Shown one piece after another: positions 23,951-27,127 of a stretch of 27,127 bases of DNA. Position numbers and translations under genes: made by a program. The DNA is taken from NCBI GenBank assembly GCA_964589235.1, contig CAZPTW010000001.1, positions 1-27,127 of the forward strand, written 5' to 3'. The stretch is from an uncultured Smithella sp. (lineage in GTDB: Bacteria; Desulfobacterota; Syntrophia; Syntrophales; Smithellaceae). The notes beneath the pieces are model-generated. The model was given only the letters and a program-made list of their open reading frames with translations. It did not search any database and was not told the origin of the DNA. Numbering within the stretch: the stretch's first letter is position 1; the number at the start of each line of letters is the position of its first letter.

Positions 23951-25477
23951 ATGCCGCCGATGACTCGACGGAGAAAGAACCCGCGCGTCTTGATTGTGAC
24001 GCCGGAAGTCACTTATCTTCCGGAAGGAATGGGCAAGATGGCCGTCAACCTCAAAGCGAAGGCCGGCGGCTTGGCGGATGTTTCCGCCGCGTTGATCGCC
24101 GCTTTGTTTGAGCAGGGCGGCGATGTGCATGTGGCGCTTCCAGACTACAGAAGCCTTTTCCATCATGCCGCGGGAGAGGTCTTTCAGAAAGAATACAGAA
24201 CCATCAAGCGCAAGGTGCCCCAGGAACGCATTCATTTGGCGCAAGACCGGGCTTTTTTCTATGTGGACTCCGTCTACTCCAATTACAACTGGGAAAACGT
24301 CAAAATATCCCTGGCCTTTCAACGGGAGGTCATCAACAACGTCATTCCCGCCGTCAAACCGGATTTGATTCACTGCAACGATTGGATGACGGGGCTTCTA
24401 CCGGCGAGAGCCAGGGAAATGGGGATCCCCTGCCTGTTCACGATCCATAACATTTTTACGGTCAAAAACACCTTAGCCGACATCGAGGATCACGGCATCG
24501 ATGCGGCGATTTTCTGGAAGCATTTATTTTTTATGCGATCTCCCGTCAACTATGAGGAGACGCGCAGCACCAATCCGGTTGATTTTCTGGTCAGCGGGGT
24601 TTTTGCGGCGCACTTTATCAATACGGTCAGTCCTTCGTTCTTGCATGAGATCGTCGAAGGTCAACATGATTTTATCGAAGAGCCGCTGCGGCGGGAATTG
24701 ACGTTCAAGTGGCAGGCGGGATGCGCCTTGGGCATCTTGAACAGCCCCGACCCTTCCTACAATCCTCAAACGGATGGCGATCTGCCGTTTCAATACTCGG
24801 CGGACGATTTTGTGACCGGCAAGTCCCTAAACAAACGGCACCTCCAAAGACGACTGGGGTTGATCGAAAATGACGGGGCGCCGCTTTTCTTCTGGCCGTC
24901 CCGTTTGGACCGCCTGCAAAAAGGCAGTCCGCTTCTGGCGCACATCCTCTATGACACCATCTCCAAGTACTGGCAGTGGCCGATGGAGATGGTTTTTGTG
25001 GCCGATGGAGAATTTCAAAAATATATCCGGCAAATCGTCGCGCAGTTCCAGCTCTTCCAGCGTGTGGCGGTTTGCGATTTCGATGAAAGCCTTTCGCGCC
25101 AGGCCTATGCGGCTTCGGACTTCATTTTGATGCCCTCGGCCTTCGAACCGTGCGGTCTGCCCCAAATGATCGCGCCGATTTACGGCTCCCTACCGGTTGC
25201 GCGCGCGACAGGGGGCATCCGCGACACGGTGGTCTGTCTTGATCCAGAGGCCGACAGAGGCAATGGGATCCTTTTTGAAACCTACGATCCTCAAGGGCTT
25301 TCCTGGGCCATCGACCGGGCGATGGACTTCTTCGGTTTGCCTCAAAAGGTGAAAGAACGTCAGATCGGCCGCATCATGAAAGAAAGCGCCGCCACGTTTA
25401 ACCACTCGGTCACGGCGAAACATTACATCGATTTGTATGAAAAAATGCTGAATCGGCCGTTTATCCATCCATCATGA
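23951..25477 (+). CDS. glgA: Glycogen synthase (GT5)
   Basis: KAGGLADV (KxGGL motif), HCNDW, TIHN, NTVSP, SRLDRLQKG, MPSAFEPCGL and TGGIRDTV. RBS AAGGAGG at 23942-23948; start is 23951 or 23960. Confidence 0.92.
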   Translation: MPPMTRRRKNPRVLIVTPEVTYLPEGMGKMAVNLKAKAGGLADVSAALIAALFEQGGDVHVALPDYRSLFHHAAGEVFQKEYRTIKRKVPQERIHLAQDRAFFYVDSVYSNYNWENVKISLAFQREVINNVIPAVKPDLIHCNDWMTGLLPARAREMGIPCLFTIHNIFTVKNTLADIEDHGIDAAIFWKHLFFMRSPVNYEETRSTNPVDFLVSGVFAAHFINTVSPSFLHEIVEGQHDFIEEPLRRELTFKWQAGCALGILNSPDPSYNPQTDGDLPFQYSADDFVTGKSLNKRHLQRRLGLIENDGAPLFFWPSRLDRLQKGSPLLAHILYDTISKYWQWPMEMVFVADGEFQKYIRQIVAQFQLFQRVAVCDFDESLSRQAYAASDFILMPSAFEPCGLPQMIAPIYGSLPVARATGGIRDTVVCLDPEADRGNGILFETYDPQGLSWAIDRAMDFFGLPQKVKERQIGRIMKESAATFNHSVTAKHYIDLYEKMLNRPFIHPS

Positions 25478-27127
25478 AGACCGACAAAACGCCACAGGAT
25501 TCTGGTTTCGCGAAAATGTCCTTGGTGGGCCATCTTGTCGAGGGCCTTTTGGAAAGCGACCCGTATTTATGCCCCCATGCCGCTCACATCCAACGGCGGC
25601 TTTGCCGCATCCATGATCTCAAGGAAAGACTGGCCGGTGGAAAAGCGTTGGCCGATTTCGCCCAGGGTCACCGCTATTTCGGTCTTCACAAAACCAAAGA
25701 CGGATGGGTCTTTCGGGAGTGGGCCCCCAACGCGTCCGAGATTTTTTGGGTCGGCACTCCAACCGACTGGCAGCCGAAATCAGCATTCGCCTTGAGGCGA
25801 ATCGCCTCAAACGGCGTCTGGGAGCTCGTCCTGCCCGGGCAGGCTTTGACGCACGGCGATTTATACCGGCTTCGAGTGCGTTGGGATGGAGGCGAAGGAG
25901 ACCGTATCCCGGCTTACGCCCGGCGTGTGGTGCAGGATCCACAGACGCTGATCTTCAATGCCCAGGTATGGGACCCGCCCCCTTACCGGTGGAGACATCC
26001 AACGCCGCCGGGGCCGCCTTGCCCGCCGCTCATTTATGAAGTTCATATCGGGATGGCTCAGCAGGAAGGCAAGGTCGGCACATACCGGGAATTCACTGAA
26101 AAAATTTTGCCGCGCGTCGCGCGGTCCGGCTACAACATTCTTCAAATGATGGCGATCCAAGAGCACCCATACTATGCCTCGTTCGGTTACCATGTCTCGA
26201 GTTTTTTCGCCGCGTCCTCCAGATTCGGGACGCCGGAGGATTTGAAAGAATTGGTGGATCGCGCACATGGCGCCGGTTTACGTGTGATTATGGATCTTGT
26301 TCATTCGCACGCCGTCGCGAATGAGGTGGAGGGACTGAGTCGGTTTGACGGCACTTTGGATCAGTATTTCCACGACGGGCCTAGCGGTTTTCATGCGGCC
26401 TGGGGGTCCCGCTGTTTTAATTACGCCAAACCGGAAGTCCTTCACTTTCTCTTGTCGAATTGCCGCTTTTGGTTGGATGAATTCCACTTCGACGGATTCC
26501 GCTTTGACGGGATCACCAGCATGCTCTACTTCGATCATGGTTTGGGCAAGGCGTTTGTTTCCTACGACGACTATTTCAATGATAATGTCGACGAGGACGC
26601 GCTTTGCTATTTGGCCTTGGCCAACCGGGTGATTCACGCCGTCCGACCGGATGCGCTGACGATCGCCGAAGACATCAGCGGCATGCCGTCCTTGGCTTCG
26701 CCGGCCGAAAAAGGCGGGATCGGCTTCGATTATCGGCTGGCCATGGGGGTTCCGGATTATTGGATCAAGTTGGTGAAAGATTATCGGGACGAAGACTGGC
26801 CGATGGGCCATCTTTGGTACGAACTCAACAACCGTCGTCGCGATGAAAAGACCATCAGCTATGCCGAATCTCATGATCAGGCGTTAGTCGGCGACAAAAC
26901 CCTGATGTTTCGGCTTGCCGATGCCGCCATGTACCATCACATGCGTGAAAAAGACGACCATTGGGTGATCGATCGGGCGATGGCGCTCCATAAAATGATT
27001 CGTCTGATCACGCTGGCTTGCGCCGGGCATGGCTACCAGACGTTCATGGGCAACGAATTCGGCCATCCGGAATGGATTGATTTCCCGCGGCCAGGCAATG
27101 GTTGGTCTTACCATTACGCCAGACGCC
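25474..27127 (+). CDS. glgB: 1,4-alpha-glucan branching enzyme, GH13_8 (eukaryote GBE1-like) type; 3' end outside window
   Basis: Not in the ORF track because it has no stop in the window; translated by hand from the ATGA overlap at 25474. MKTDKTPQ...DPYL...FREWAPNA...LIYEVHIGMA...MAIQEHPYYASFGYHV...DLVHSHA...GFRFDGITSMLY...IAEDISGMP...YAESHDQALVGDKT...FMGNEFGHPEWIDFPR. Confidence 0.95.
   Translation, partial: MKTDKTPQDSGFAKMSLVGHLVEGLLESDPYLCPHAAHIQRRLCRIHDLKERLAGGKALADFAQGHRYFGLHKTKDGWVFREWAPNASEIFWVGTPTDWQPKSAFALRRIASNGVWELVLPGQALTHGDLYRLRVRWDGGEGDRIPAYARRVVQDPQTLIFNAQVWDPPPYRWRHPTPPGPPCPPLIYEVHIGMAQQEGKVGTYREFTEKILPRVARSGYNILQMMAIQEHPYYASFGYHVSSFFAASSRFGTPEDLKELVDRAHGAGLRVIMDLVHSHAVANEVEGLSRFDGTLDQYFHDGPSGFHAAWGSRCFNYAKPEVLHFLLSNCRFWLDEFHFDGFRFDGITSMLYFDHGLGKAFVSYDDYFNDNVDEDALCYLALANRVIHAVRPDALTIAEDISGMPSLASPAEKGGIGFDYRLAMGVPDYWIKLVKDYRDEDWPMGHLWYELNNRRRDEKTISYAESHDQALVGDKTLMFRLADAAMYHHMREKDDHWVIDRAMALHKMIRLITLACAGHGYQTFMGNEFGHPEWIDFPRPGNGWSYHYARR

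Noticed and set aside
315-25477. Other TGA-terminated genes as Sec read-through candidates
   Set aside because: Their TGAs fall at normal family C-termini or are followed quickly by another stop or gene, with no Cys-aligned position and no SECIS-like hairpin noticed.
1-27127. CRISPR arrays, IS/transposases, integrases, tRNA/rRNA, defence systems
   Set aside because: No regularly spaced repeats, terminal inverted repeats, recombinase motifs or structural RNA signatures were seen, and nearly all sequence is explained by the CDSs listed.

Overview
No tRNA, rRNA, CRISPR array or mobile element was recognised in this gene-dense, moderately GC-rich bacterial window. The gene content suggests an anaerobic deltaproteobacterium such as Syntrophales (inference only). 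From left to right: the 3' end of an old-yellow-enzyme-type flavin oxidoreductase, a small Cys-rich protein, and a HadA/HadB-like MaoC dehydratase pair. Next is a sigma54 regulatory module: an NtrC-family activator convergent with a HAMP histidine kinase, two small secreted proteins, a textbook -24/-12 promoter and tandem candidate enhancer palindromes. Then come a YtpB-type (tetraprenyl-beta-curcumene synthase family) terpene synthase, a HI0933/YhiN flavoprotein and an lpdA-cupin-MFS operon. A small gene split by an in-frame TGA follows, then xseA-xseB-ispA-dxs, then a glycogen locus: a 1427-aa two-active-site debranching enzyme, a stand-alone CBM48, glgP, glgA and a GH13_8-type glgB running off the window. 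Top finding: the two short ORFs 11282..11485 and 11501..11788 are in the same frame and look like one gene (about 11354..11788). Its TGA at 11483-11485 completes a CxxU motif (ECRT-U-HNRKY) and is followed by a hairpin that fits the bacterial SECIS model. This makes it a candidate selenoprotein of an uncharacterised CxxC/HExxH/CxxC family, possibly under sigma28 control. Product calls rest on motif recognition and recall; no database searches were run.
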